From Candidatus Eiseniibacteriota bacterium (GTDB lineage: Bacteria; Eisenbacteria; RBG-16-71-46): a DNA stretch of 64,000 bases. The notes under the pieces were generated by a model. That model saw only the letters and a program-made list of their open reading frames with translations. It did not search any database and was not told where the DNA came from. This document shows, one piece after another, positions 9,179 through 18,676 of the stretch (position 1 is its first letter; each line of letters starts with the position of its first letter). The DNA lies in assembly GCA_044223005.1 (NCBI GenBank), contig JBGAML010000007.1, positions 32,001-96,000 of the forward strand. The letters are read 5' to 3'. The position numbers were made by a program, and so were the translations under genes.

Positions 9179-10611
9179 GGCCCGCCCTGCGCCCACCCCT
9201 CGGCGCCCGCGTTCCCCTGCCGCGGCCGCTCGTCCCATTGTTCCTGGCCGCCACGCTCGCGTTCGCCGCGAACGCGGGTGCGGCCGCGCCGCCGCCGGCC
9301 ACCGCGCTCGCGGCCGACGCGCTCGTCGGCACGCGCGGCCCCGACCGGGACGCGCGCCTCGACGCGTGGATGCGCACCGCGTCGTTCGACGACCTGCTCT
9401 GGCTGCTGCGCCGCGACCCCGCGGAACTGGGGCCGCTCGAGGCGCGCCTCGCCGACGCCGCGCTCAGGAAGGCGCCCGCGGCGCGCATGGACCTGCGCCG
9501 CCGGCTCGAAGCCCGGCGGCTGCTCGCCGATCCGGCCGCGCTGCGCAAGGCCGGGCGGGACGCCGCCGAACTCGAAGCGATGCGGCCGCGCGCCAGCGCG
9601 TGGCGCGTCGCCGCGCTGCTGCCCGACCAGGGCGACTACGCGAGCTACGGCGCCGAGGTGCGCGCGGGCCTCGCCGTGGGGCTGTCGTCCGGGCGACCCG
9701 CCGGCGCGCGGCCGATCGCGCTCGACGTTCACGCGACGGGCGAGGGCGATCCCGCGCGCGGCGCCGCCGCGCTCGATACCGCCTCGCGCGCGTGCGCCGT
9801 CGTGGTCGGCGAACTGCTGAGCGTGCCCACGCTGCCGCTGGCCGCGGCGACGCGCGTGCTCGGCATGCCGCTCGTCTCGCCGACCGCGACCGACGAGTCG
9901 ATCGGCCGCATGGGGCCGCTGGTGTTCCAGTGCGGGCCATCGGGCGAGCGCCGCGCGGCCCGGCTCGCGGCCGCCGTGCTCGCCGCCCGCGGCAAGCGAG
10001 TGGGCATCGTCGTCTCGGGCGCCGCGGACGAATCGCCCTTCGCGCACGCGTTCCCCGCGGCGGCGGAATCACTCGGCGCGACGATCGTGCGGCGGGAACG
10101 CTACGCGCCCGGCACGATCGACTTCCGCCCGATCGTGAAGTCGCTCTCGGCCGCGGGCGCGGAGGTCGTGTTCTGGGACGGCGAGAGCCGCGAGGCCGAC
10201 GCGCTCGTGCGCGAACTGGCGGCCGAAGGCGTGAAGGCGCGTCTCTGCGGTGGCACGGCGCTTTCGCCCGAGCGTTTCCACGCGCCCGCGCGCACGTTGC
10301 TCGAGGGCGTCGCGTTCGTCGCCGACGAGTGGCGGCTGCCCGCCTCGGTGCGGGCCGACTCGGCGTCGGCGCACGGCGGCGACCCGGGGCCGCTCTGGAC
10401 ACGCGGCTGGCTCGCGGGCCGGCGCATCGCGGCTGCTGTGGACGCGGGCGCACGCACGCCCGCGGAGCTCGGGGCGCGCCTGCGCGGACGCGATCCCGTG
10501 GACCGCGATCTCGGGTTCCTCGACGCCGCGGCCGAAGGCGCGGACCTGCCCGTGTTCACGATCGTGCGCGGCCGCGCGGTCGAGCCGCCCGCCGCCGGCT
10601 CCGCTCAGTAG
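9175..10611 (+). CDS. Periplasmic binding-protein type I fold protein (LppC/LpoA-like or ABC substrate-binding)
   Basis: Signal peptide, VAALLP..G.YA.YG, VVVGEL, LVSPTAT, Y.PG.IDF. Confidence 0.6.
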   Translation: MRPALRPPLGARVPLPRPLVPLFLAATLAFAANAGAAAPPPATALAADALVGTRGPDRDARLDAWMRTASFDDLLWLLRRDPAELGPLEARLADAALRKAPAARMDLRRRLEARRLLADPAALRKAGRDAAELEAMRPRASAWRVAALLPDQGDYASYGAEVRAGLAVGLSSGRPAGARPIALDVHATGEGDPARGAAALDTASRACAVVVGELLSVPTLPLAAATRVLGMPLVSPTATDESIGRMGPLVFQCGPSGERRAARLAAAVLAARGKRVGIVVSGAADESPFAHAFPAAAESLGATIVRRERYAPGTIDFRPIVKSLSAAGAEVVFWDGESREADALVRELAAEGVKARLCGGTALSPERFHAPARTLLEGVAFVADEWRLPASVRADSASAHGGDPGPLWTRGWLAGRRIAAAVDAGARTPAELGARLRGRDPVDRDLGFLDAAAEGADLPVFTIVRGRAVEPPAAGSAQ

Positions 10612-11291
10612 AGCGAGAAGTTCACGCGGAAGTACGCCCACACCGGCTGGGGCGTGCCCTGCGTCAGCCGGTACGGGCGATAGCGGCACTGCAGCGCCGC
10701 CGAGGTCGCCGCGTTCTCGAGGAGCGGCTCGTGCGTACCGCCGAGGATGTGCACCTCGCGCACCGCGCCGGTCGTGTCCACGAGCGCCACGAGCTCGACC
10801 AGGCCTTCGATGTCGGCGTCGCGTGCGGCCTCGGGGTACTCGGGGCGCACGAGCCGCTCGGCGACCAGGTCCTCGGAGCGCACGACCGGGCCCTCGAGTG
10901 CCAGCGCGCGCATGCGCGCGAGCAGGTTCGCCTCGTCGTCGCCGGGACCGATGCCGCGCCGCGCGGCCGCGGGCTTCGTGCCCTCGTCGCTCGTTTTCGC
11001 GCGCGTGGTGCCGCCGCCCGCCCGCATCTCGACCGGGACCAGGTTCTGGAGATTGGCGCCGGGCTGCTCGTTCTCGGCGACCATCTCGAGCAGGATGCGG
11101 CGCACGTACTGGTCGGGCCCCTCGAAGCCGAAGCGCTTGGGGTCGTTGAGCGTGGAGACGGCCGCGGGGTGCCGGAGCACGAGCTCGACGAGCAGCACCG
11201 CGACGGAGACCGCCACGCCGAAACGGGCCATGCGCGTGCGGTCGCGCGAAAGCGTCTCGAAATAACCGTCGATGCCGTGGGGCATGGGCAA
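10605..11291 (-). CDS. tonB: Energy transducer TonB family protein
   Basis: Single N-terminal TM and a TonB_C domain (PEYPEAARDADIEGLVEL.ALVD..G.V). Confidence 0.8.
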   Translation of the reverse strand: MPMPHGIDGYFETLSRDRTRMARFGVAVSVAVLLVELVLRHPAAVSTLNDPKRFGFEGPDQYVRRILLEMVAENEQPGANLQNLVPVEMRAGGGTTRAKTSDEGTKPAAARRGIGPGDDEANLLARMRALALEGPVVRSEDLVAERLVRPEYPEAARDADIEGLVELVALVDTTGAVREVHILGGTHEPLLENAATSAALQCRYRPYRLTQGTPQPVWAYFRVNFSLY

Positions 11292-11324
11292 GCCGGGGTG
11301 AAAGGTTCTGGCGCGCCCGGCGGG

Positions 11325-13733
11325 TCAGCGCGTCCCCGTCAGGACGCGGCCGTGCTCGGAGTCTAGCAGAAGCGGGTGCGTGTCGAACGCCGGATCCGCG
11401 ACCTCGAGCGGCATCGGGCCGGCCTCGGTGCGCAGGAACCGCACGCGGCCGTCGGGCCCGGACTGCAGCAGCAGCCCGCCGCCGAAGCGCACCGGAACGC
11501 CCGGACGCGGCACGCCGGCCGCCGAGCGCAGCTCCAGCGAATCGCTCGTCCACGCGTTCGCCGCCTCGGGCGCGAACTCGGCCGCGAGCGAACAGAAGAG
11601 CGCGTACGCCTCGGCGCGCAGAGCGCCCGGTGCGAGCAGCCGCGCCTCGCCGGCGCGCGTGTCGACGCGTTCGAGCGAGGCATAGAGCGCCACCGCCGAG
11701 CTCTGCGTGAGCGGGTACTTCGTCGCCTCGGCCACCGGCAGCGAATCCGCAAGCCCGAGCGCCGCGCAGGCGCGTGCGAGCGATCCGCCCCAGCGCCGTC
11801 CGCCGCCGCTCGCGTAGTAGTGGCCCGCGACCGGCGGCGCGGCCGCGTGCCCGATGCGCAGGTAGCGCTCGGCGCCGAACGCTTCGCCCACCTGCACGCG
11901 CTCCATTTCCGAGACCGAGGCGTCGCTCGTGCGCGTGAGCGTCACCTGCGCGCCCGCCGCCTCGAGCATGCCCTGCAGCGCGCGCGCCACGTCGAGGTTC
12001 AAAGTCGACGCGCGCGTGCCCGACGGGCCCGTTCCCGCCGCGTCGTCGCCACCGCCCTCGGGGTCGAGCACGATGCGCCGGCCGACGAGCGCGCCGCTCG
12101 CGATCGCGGTCACGCGCGGCGGCCAAGCGGTGTCGGCGCCCCACGTGCGGAAACCGGCGAGTTGCGGCGTCGCGGCCCGCCCCGCAGGATCCGCGGGCAC
12201 CACCGCGACGCCGTCGCGGTCGAGCCACGCCAGCGCGGGCCGCGCCCCGGTGCTGCTCGGCGCGTCGCGCAGCGGCACATCCTCCGGCATGCGGTGCACG
12301 CGTCCCACGCGTACCGGCTCGCGCGGGATCGCGAGCGCGACCGGTACGCCGCGCCGCAGTGGCGTAGGAATCGCGACGGCCGTGTCGGACGCGAGCATCA
12401 CGCGCACGCGCAGCGAGTCCGGCCGCGCGCCACGCACGCGCAGCAGGAGCGGTGCGTGGCCGTCGCGCAGGACGAGCGTCGTCTCGCGCGGCGTCGCCCG
12501 CGAGGGCGCGAGCACGCGCAGCCGCGCACGCAGGGGCGCGGTGCACGGCAGGCCTTCGGCGTTGACCGCGCGGAGGTCCAGCGCGAGTGCACCGCCGTCG
12601 CGCGCGCCGTAGCCCGCCGCGGCCAGCGTCACGGCCGCGGGGACGCTGTGCACCGTGAACGCGCGCCGCAGGGTGCGGGCCGAGCCCTCGCCGGCGAGCC
12701 GCACCGCCAGCGTCGCCACGTGCGCTCCGTCCTCGAGCGGCCGCAGCGGCGCTCCGGCGAGCATGCCGCCGGGGACGACGGTCCCGGGCACTTCGGCGCC
12801 GTCCACGCGCAGCGTCGCGACGTCGAACGGGCCGCGCACGACGGCCTGCAGCCGCGGCCGTGGGCCCGTGTGCTCGCGGGCACGGCCCACGCCGTCGAGC
12901 ACGTCGAAGTGTTCCACCACCGGCGCGCGCCGCGCGAAGAACCGCGCGATCCCGAGGTAGAGCGCCTCGGCTTCGAGCAGGCGCGCCTCGGGCGTGCGCA
13001 GCTTCGCCTCGACGTCGGGGTTCGTGAGATGGCTCGCCTCGCTCAGCACCGCGGCCGCGTCGGTGCCGCGCACGACGGCGAAGTTGCCGGGCAGCAGCTT
13101 CTGCGTCGCGATCCCGACGTTGCGCGCGAGCGCGCGCTGCAGGTCGGTGGCCGCGTCGTAGGAAGGACCGTCGTCGCCGAGCTGCCAGTAGACTTGCGTC
13201 TCGTTGACGTCGTGCGCGCCGGACGGATCGGCGTTGTGGTGGATCGACACGAACAGGTCCGGCTGGAACGCGTTCGCGATCGCCGCGCGCTCGGCGAGGT
13301 CGGACTTGAGCGTGCTGTCGGAGCGCGTGAGGAAGTCGCGATCGCGGTCGCGCGTCAGCTTCACGAGTGCGCCCTGCGCGCGCAGGAGCGAATCGAGCGA
13401 CAGCGCGACGCCCAGGTTCACCTCAGCCTCGGTCGTCCCGCCGACGCCGATGCAGCCCCTGAACCAGCCGCCGTGACCGGGATCGAGCACGATCCGCCGG
13501 CCCCGCAGCACGCTCGCGTCCACCGCACCGAGCGAATCGCGCAGGCGGTCGTAGCCGGGCGCCGGCCGTGGGCGGGGACGCACCGCGGCCGCGGCGGGCG
13601 GCGCCGCGGGAGCGCCCGGAGGCGCGGGCGGCGCCACGCGCGGGCCACCGCACCCGGCGGCCGCCCACGCCAGCACGAGCGCGCACGAGACGCGCGCGCC
13701 GAGCCGGTGCATCCGTGCGACCGAGCCGAGCAT
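11325..13733 (-). CDS. N-acetylmuramoyl-L-alanine amidase (Amidase_3), probable lipoprotein, with a second degenerate amidase domain
   Basis: IVLDPGHGG, EAEVNL, FVSIHHNA, VLSEA; second copy IVLDPEGGG; AAGC lipobox-like. Confidence 0.82.
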   Translation of the reverse strand: MLGSVARMHRLGARVSCALVLAWAAAGCGGPRVAPPAPPGAPAAPPAAAAVRPRPRPAPGYDRLRDSLGAVDASVLRGRRIVLDPGHGGWFRGCIGVGGTTEAEVNLGVALSLDSLLRAQGALVKLTRDRDRDFLTRSDSTLKSDLAERAAIANAFQPDLFVSIHHNADPSGAHDVNETQVYWQLGDDGPSYDAATDLQRALARNVGIATQKLLPGNFAVVRGTDAAAVLSEASHLTNPDVEAKLRTPEARLLEAEALYLGIARFFARRAPVVEHFDVLDGVGRAREHTGPRPRLQAVVRGPFDVATLRVDGAEVPGTVVPGGMLAGAPLRPLEDGAHVATLAVRLAGEGSARTLRRAFTVHSVPAAVTLAAAGYGARDGGALALDLRAVNAEGLPCTAPLRARLRVLAPSRATPRETTLVLRDGHAPLLLRVRGARPDSLRVRVMLASDTAVAIPTPLRRGVPVALAIPREPVRVGRVHRMPEDVPLRDAPSSTGARPALAWLDRDGVAVVPADPAGRAATPQLAGFRTWGADTAWPPRVTAIASGALVGRRIVLDPEGGGDDAAGTGPSGTRASTLNLDVARALQGMLEAAGAQVTLTRTSDASVSEMERVQVGEAFGAERYLRIGHAAAPPVAGHYYASGGGRRWGGSLARACAALGLADSLPVAEATKYPLTQSSAVALYASLERVDTRAGEARLLAPGALRAEAYALFCSLAAEFAPEAANAWTSDSLELRSAAGVPRPGVPVRFGGGLLLQSGPDGRVRFLRTEAGPMPLEVADPAFDTHPLLLDSEHGRVLTGTR

Positions 13734-13940
13734 GGCCGCAGGCTACACCGGCCCCGGACCCGCGCCAAACGGCGTCGCGAGAATGGCTTTGGGCCTTGAT
13801 CGGCGTGTCGCGGGCGTGATACCCGTTGCCATTCGGCTGTCCTGTTCGTTCCGGTCCCGCCCGCCGCGCGATCCCGCGCGTGCGTCGCGCCCCTCTGAGG
13901 AGGCGCGGAGGTTTCGACGCTTCGCACACGGAGGTCCGAC

Positions 13941-15155
13941 ATGACGTTCCGCTCCACTCGGTTCGCGCTCGCACTGCTCGGGTTCGCCCTCCTCGCGGCG
14001 CTCACGGGCTGCTCGTCCGGTGGCGGTGGCGGCAAGGCGGAGCTGGTGGTGGGCGAGTACGGCTCGCTGACCGGCAGCGACGCGACCTTCGGCCAGTCCA
14101 CCAAGATGGGCGTCGAACTCGCGCTCTCGGAACTGCAGGAGAAGGGCGGCAAGATCGGCGGCCTGCCGGTGCGCGTCGTCTCCGAGGACGACCAGGGCAA
14201 GGCCGAAGAGGCCGCCAACGCGGTTCAGAAGCTGCTGAACCAGGACCAGGTGATCACCGTGATCGGCGAGGTCGCTTCGTCGCGGAGCCTCGCGGCGGCT
14301 CCGATCTGCCAGCAGGCCGGCGTCCCGATGATCTCGCCGTCCTCGACCAATCCCAAGGTGACGCAGGTCGGCGACTACATCTTCCGCATGTGCTTCATCG
14401 ACCCGTTCCAGGGCACGGTGATGGCCAAGTTCGCCTCCGGCAGCCTCGGGCTCAAGAAGGTCGCGATCCTCAAGGACATCAAGAGCGACTACTCCGTGGG
14501 CCTGGCCGACTTCTTCTCGCAGGCCTTCACCGCCGCCGGCGGCACGGTCGTCGCCGAGCAGGGCTACCAGGCCGGCGACCAGGACTTCAGCTCGCAGCTC
14601 ACCGCGATCAAGGCGAAGGGCCCCGAGGCGATCTTCGTGCCCGGCTACTACACCGAGGTCGGCCTCATCGCCCGCAAGGCGCGCGAACTGGGCATCACGG
14701 TGCCCCTGCTGGGCGGTGACGGCTGGGAGAGCGAGCAGTTGATCGCGATCGGCGGCGACGCGCTGAACGGCTCGTACTACTCGAACCACTTCGCGGTCGA
14801 CAATCCCGATCCGCACCTGCAGCAGTTCCTGCAGAAGTTCAAGGCCAAGTTCGGCAAGGAGCCGGACGCGATCGCCGGCCTGGCGTACGACGCGGCCAAC
14901 GTGCTCTTCGGCAGCCTCGAGACGCTCGCCGCGCGCGACCCCGCGACGTTCGCGGGCCTGTCGGCCGCCAAGGCGAACTCGCCCGAGCGCAAGGCCGCGT
15001 GCGCGAAGCTCCGCGACCTGATCGCCGGCACGCAGGCCTACGCGGGCGTGACCGGGCAGATCACGCTGGACCAGGACCGCAACGCCACCAAGCCCGCGGT
15101 GGTGCTCGAGATCAAGGGCGGCAAGAAGGTCTACAACACGACCGTGAATCCGTAG
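13941..15155 (+). CDS. livK: Branched-chain amino acid ABC transporter substrate-binding lipoprotein
   Basis: Lipobox LTGC, GSLTG..ATFG, ISPSSTN, FRMCFIDPFQG, AYDA. Confidence 0.9.
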   Translation: MTFRSTRFALALLGFALLAALTGCSSGGGGGKAELVVGEYGSLTGSDATFGQSTKMGVELALSELQEKGGKIGGLPVRVVSEDDQGKAEEAANAVQKLLNQDQVITVIGEVASSRSLAAAPICQQAGVPMISPSSTNPKVTQVGDYIFRMCFIDPFQGTVMAKFASGSLGLKKVAILKDIKSDYSVGLADFFSQAFTAAGGTVVAEQGYQAGDQDFSSQLTAIKAKGPEAIFVPGYYTEVGLIARKARELGITVPLLGGDGWESEQLIAIGGDALNGSYYSNHFAVDNPDPHLQQFLQKFKAKFGKEPDAIAGLAYDAANVLFGSLETLAARDPATFAGLSAAKANSPERKAACAKLRDLIAGTQAYAGVTGQITLDQDRNATKPAVVLEIKGGKKVYNTTVNP

Positions 15156-15164
15156 CCGGCTCTC

Positions 15165-16067
15165 GTGACCGAGTTCCTGCAGCAGATCGTCAACGGGGTG
15201 ACGTGGGGGAGCGTGTACGCCCTGATCGCACTGGGCTACACGATGGTGTACGGCATCCTCCGCCTCATCAACTTCGCGCACGGCGACATCTACATGCTGG
15301 GCGCGTTCATCGGGCTCTACACCGCGCGCTTCCTGCGCGCCGGCGAGGACCCGAGCCCGGGACGGGCGCTGCTGGTGATGCTGGTCAGCATGATCGGCTG
15401 CGCGCTGGTCGGCCTGCTGATCGAGCGGTTCGCGTACAAGCCGGTGCGGAAGTCCTCGCGGCTGTCGGCGCTCATCACCGCGATCGGCGTCTCGCTTCTG
15501 CTCGAGAACGGCGGCGTGCTGCTGTTCGGCGCCGATCCCAAGTTCTTTCCCCAGGTCATTCCCTCGCGGAACATCCCGCTCGGGATGGGCGTCACGCTGA
15601 GCAACCAGCAGCTGATCCTGCTCGTCACCTCGCTCGTGCTCATGCTGCTCCTGCGGCTGCTCGTGACGAAGACCCGCGTCGGCAAGGCCATGCAGGCGGT
15701 CTCGCACAACCACACGGCTGCGGCGCTGATGGGCATCTCGGTGGACCGCATCATCACGATCACGTTCATGATCGGCTCCGCCCTCGCCGCCGCGGCCGGC
15801 GTGCTCGTGTCGCTGCAGACGCCCAAGCTCGAGCCGTACATGGGCATCATGCCGGGCCTGAAGGCCTTCGTCGCCGCGGTGTTGGGCGGCATCGGCAACA
15901 TCCCGGGTGCGGTGGTGGGCGGCATCGTGATGGGCGTCGCGGAGGCGCTGGTCAAGGGATCGCCGTTCTCGACCTACAGCGACGCGATCGCGTTCGTACT
16001 GCTGATCTTCATCCTGCTCGTGCGCCCGGCCGGCATCTTCGGCAAGGCCGTGACCGAGAAGGTGTGA
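15165..16067 (+). CDS. livH: BCAA ABC transporter permease
   Basis: GSVYALIALGYTMVYGILRLINFAHGD, KAFVAAVLGGIGNIPGA. Confidence 0.95.
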   Translation: MTEFLQQIVNGVTWGSVYALIALGYTMVYGILRLINFAHGDIYMLGAFIGLYTARFLRAGEDPSPGRALLVMLVSMIGCALVGLLIERFAYKPVRKSSRLSALITAIGVSLLLENGGVLLFGADPKFFPQVIPSRNIPLGMGVTLSNQQLILLVTSLVLMLLLRLLVTKTRVGKAMQAVSHNHTAAALMGISVDRIITITFMIGSALAAAAGVLVSLQTPKLEPYMGIMPGLKAFVAAVLGGIGNIPGAVVGGIVMGVAEALVKGSPFSTYSDAIAFVLLIFILLVRPAGIFGKAVTEKV

Positions 16068-16069
16068 CG

Positions 16070-17056
16070 ATGAAGCGCCTGCTCGTGCCGGTGGTGGTCG
16101 TCGTGGCGCTCGCCGTGCTCAACACCGTGCTCCAGCGCGCGCTCAACCCCTACTATTTCCAGGTGCTGATGCTGGTCGGCATCAACATCATCCTCGCGGT
16201 GTCGCTGAACCTCGTGAACGGATTCACGGGCCAGTTCTCGATCGGCCACGCCGGCTTCATGGCGGTGGGCGGGTACGGCTCGGCGATGTTCACGCTCGGG
16301 GTGGGGCAGAAGCTCGCGACCGCGATGATCGGCATGCACGTACCCGAGGGGATCGCGCAGGGAATCGTGCTGCTGCTCGCGCTGCTGCTGGGCGGCGCGC
16401 TCGCGGCGGCGTTCGGGTGGTTCGTCGGGCTGCCGAGCCTGCGGCTGCGCGGCGACTACCTCGCGATCGTGACGCTGGGATTCGGCGAGATCATCCGCGT
16501 GCTGATCCTCAACATCGACGCCGTCGGTGGGCCGCGCGGGCTGCCCGGGATCCCGAAGTGGTCGAACTTCTTCTGGGTGTTCCTGAGCGTCGCCGCGGTG
16601 ATCGCGTTCTCGCGCAACCTCGCGCACAGCACGCACGGGCGCGCCCTGTTCGCGATCCGCGACGACGAGATCGCGGCCGAGGCCCTGGGCGTCGACACGA
16701 CGCAGTACAAGATCACGGCGTTCGTGTTCGGGGCGTTCTTCGCCGGCATCGCCGGCGGGCTGTTCGCGCACTACCTCGCGTACCTGAACCCGAACTCGTT
16801 CACGTTCCTCAAGAGCATCGAGATCATCGCCATGGTCGTGCTGGGCGGCATGGGCAGCGTCTCGGGCTCGGTGCTCGCGGCGATCGTGCTCACGCTGCTG
16901 CCCGAGGTGCTCCGCCCCGTGAAGGACTTCCGCATGGTGATCTACTCGCTCATGCTGATCGTCCTCATGATCACGCGGCCGCAGGGCCTGCTCGGCACGA
17001 GCGAGCTGTCGCTCTCGGGCCTCTTCCGCCGCCGCGCGCCGGGGAACGCGTCGTGA
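16070..17056 (+). CDS. livM: BCAA ABC transporter permease
   Basis: SLNLVNGFTGQFSIGHAGF, LRLRGDYLAIVTLGFGEI. Confidence 0.95.
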   Translation: MKRLLVPVVVVVALAVLNTVLQRALNPYYFQVLMLVGINIILAVSLNLVNGFTGQFSIGHAGFMAVGGYGSAMFTLGVGQKLATAMIGMHVPEGIAQGIVLLLALLLGGALAAAFGWFVGLPSLRLRGDYLAIVTLGFGEIIRVLILNIDAVGGPRGLPGIPKWSNFFWVFLSVAAVIAFSRNLAHSTHGRALFAIRDDEIAAEALGVDTTQYKITAFVFGAFFAGIAGGLFAHYLAYLNPNSFTFLKSIEIIAMVVLGGMGSVSGSVLAAIVLTLLPEVLRPVKDFRMVIYSLMLIVLMITRPQGLLGTSELSLSGLFRRRAPGNAS

Positions 17057-17832
17057 GCGCGCCGCTGCTGCAGCTCGAAAAGTGCACCATGCAGTTCGGG
17101 GGGCTCAAGGCCGTCTCCGAGCTCGAACTGGCGATCGCGCCCGGCGAACTGGTGGGCCTGATCGGCCCCAACGGCGCGGGCAAGACCACCGTCTTCAACA
17201 TCGTCACCGGCGTCTACACGCCCACGCGCGGCGCCGTGCGGTTCGACGGCAAGGTCGTCTCGGGCCAGCGCGCGAACCGCATCGCCTGCTGCGGCATCAC
17301 GCGCACGTTCCAGAACATCCGGCTCTTCCCGCGGCTCACCTGCCTCGACAACGTCGCCGTGGCCGCGCACCCGCACCGCAAGACCGGCGTCTGGGAGGCC
17401 GTGTTCCAGACGAACGGCTTCCTCGCCGACGAGGCGGCGCTGCGGCGGCAGGCGATGGAGAAGCTCGAGGTGCTCGGCCTCGCGGCGCACGCGAACGCAC
17501 TCGCGACCGAGTTGCCGTACGGCCAGCAGCGGCGGCTGGAGATCGCCCGCGCGCTCGCGGGCCAGCCGCGGCTGCTCCTGCTCGACGAGCCGGCCGCCGG
17601 CCTGAACCCGCAGGAGAGCGAAGAGCTCATGCGGTTGATCCAGGATGTGCGCCGGCGCTTCGGGCTCACGATCCTGCTGATCGAGCACGACATGAAGGTG
17701 GTCATGGGCATCTGCGAGCGGATCGCGGTGCTCGACTACGGGATCAAGATCGCCGAGGGCACTCCCGCCGAGATCCGCAGCGACGCGCGCGTGATCGAGG
17801 CCTACCTCGGCGAGGAGGCCGCGCACGCATGA
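17053..17832 (+). CDS. livG: BCAA ABC transporter ATP-binding protein
   Basis: FGGLKAV, GPNGAGKTT, RTFQNIRLF, LPYGQQRRLEIARAL, EHDM. Confidence 0.95.
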   Translation: MSAPLLQLEKCTMQFGGLKAVSELELAIAPGELVGLIGPNGAGKTTVFNIVTGVYTPTRGAVRFDGKVVSGQRANRIACCGITRTFQNIRLFPRLTCLDNVAVAAHPHRKTGVWEAVFQTNGFLADEAALRRQAMEKLEVLGLAAHANALATELPYGQQRRLEIARALAGQPRLLLLDEPAAGLNPQESEELMRLIQDVRRRFGLTILLIEHDMKVVMGICERIAVLDYGIKIAEGTPAEIRSDARVIEAYLGEEAAHA

Positions 17833-18539
17833 GCCAGCTCGAGGTCGAGGGGCTCGACGTCTTCTACGGCGCGGTGCACGCGCTGAAGGGCGTCTCCGTC
17901 CGCGTCGAGGCGGGCGAGATCGTCACGCTGATCGGCGCCAACGGCGCCGGCAAGACGACGCTGCTGCGCACCATCTCCGGGCTCGTGCCGCCGAAGGCCG
18001 GGCGCGTGCGGTTCGAGGGCCGCGACATCACCAAGGTGCCCGCGCACCAGATCGTGGGGCTCGGGCTTTCGCAGGCGCCCGAGGGCCGCATGGTGTTCGC
18101 GAACCTCTCGGTCGAGGACAACCTCGAGATGGGCGCGTACCACCGCAAGGACCGCCCCGCGATCCGTGCCGATCGCGACGCGCAGTACGTGCTGTTTCCG
18201 CGCCTGCTCGAGCGGCGCAAGCAGCTCGCGGGCACGCTGTCGGGCGGCGAGCAGCAGATGCTCGCGATCGCCCGCGCGCTGATGGCCAAGCCGCGGCTGC
18301 TGCTGCTGGACGAGCCCTCGCTCGGGATCGCGCCGATCCTCGTGCGCGACATCTTCCGCAACATCGTCGAGATCAACCGCCGCGGCGTCACGGTCGTGCT
18401 GGTCGAGCAGAACGCGCACATGGCGCTCTCGGTGGCGCAGCGCGGCTACGTGCTCGAGACCGGCCGCGTGGTGCTCGAGGACGAGGCCGCGAAGCTCGCC
18501 GCCAACGACGACGTGCGGGCCGCCTACCTGGGCGGCTGA
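17829..18539 (+). CDS. livF: BCAA ABC transporter ATP-binding protein
   Basis: GANGAGKTT, LSGGEQQMLAIARALM, DEPSLG, VEQNA. Confidence 0.95.
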   Translation: MSQLEVEGLDVFYGAVHALKGVSVRVEAGEIVTLIGANGAGKTTLLRTISGLVPPKAGRVRFEGRDITKVPAHQIVGLGLSQAPEGRMVFANLSVEDNLEMGAYHRKDRPAIRADRDAQYVLFPRLLERRKQLAGTLSGGEQQMLAIARALMAKPRLLLLDEPSLGIAPILVRDIFRNIVEINRRGVTVVLVEQNAHMALSVAQRGYVLETGRVVLEDEAAKLAANDDVRAAYLGG

Positions 18540-18676
18540 TTTCGCACGGCCGGCGCGGGCCGGATGGCCCGATCGCGCGGGCCGCGTTGCGTCCCGCCCG
18601 GCGTCCCCGTCGCCCTCCGGCGCCGGCGGCGATGCGCGCGTGCCGCGGTGCCGCCGCTCTGCTAGCGTGGTCGCCC

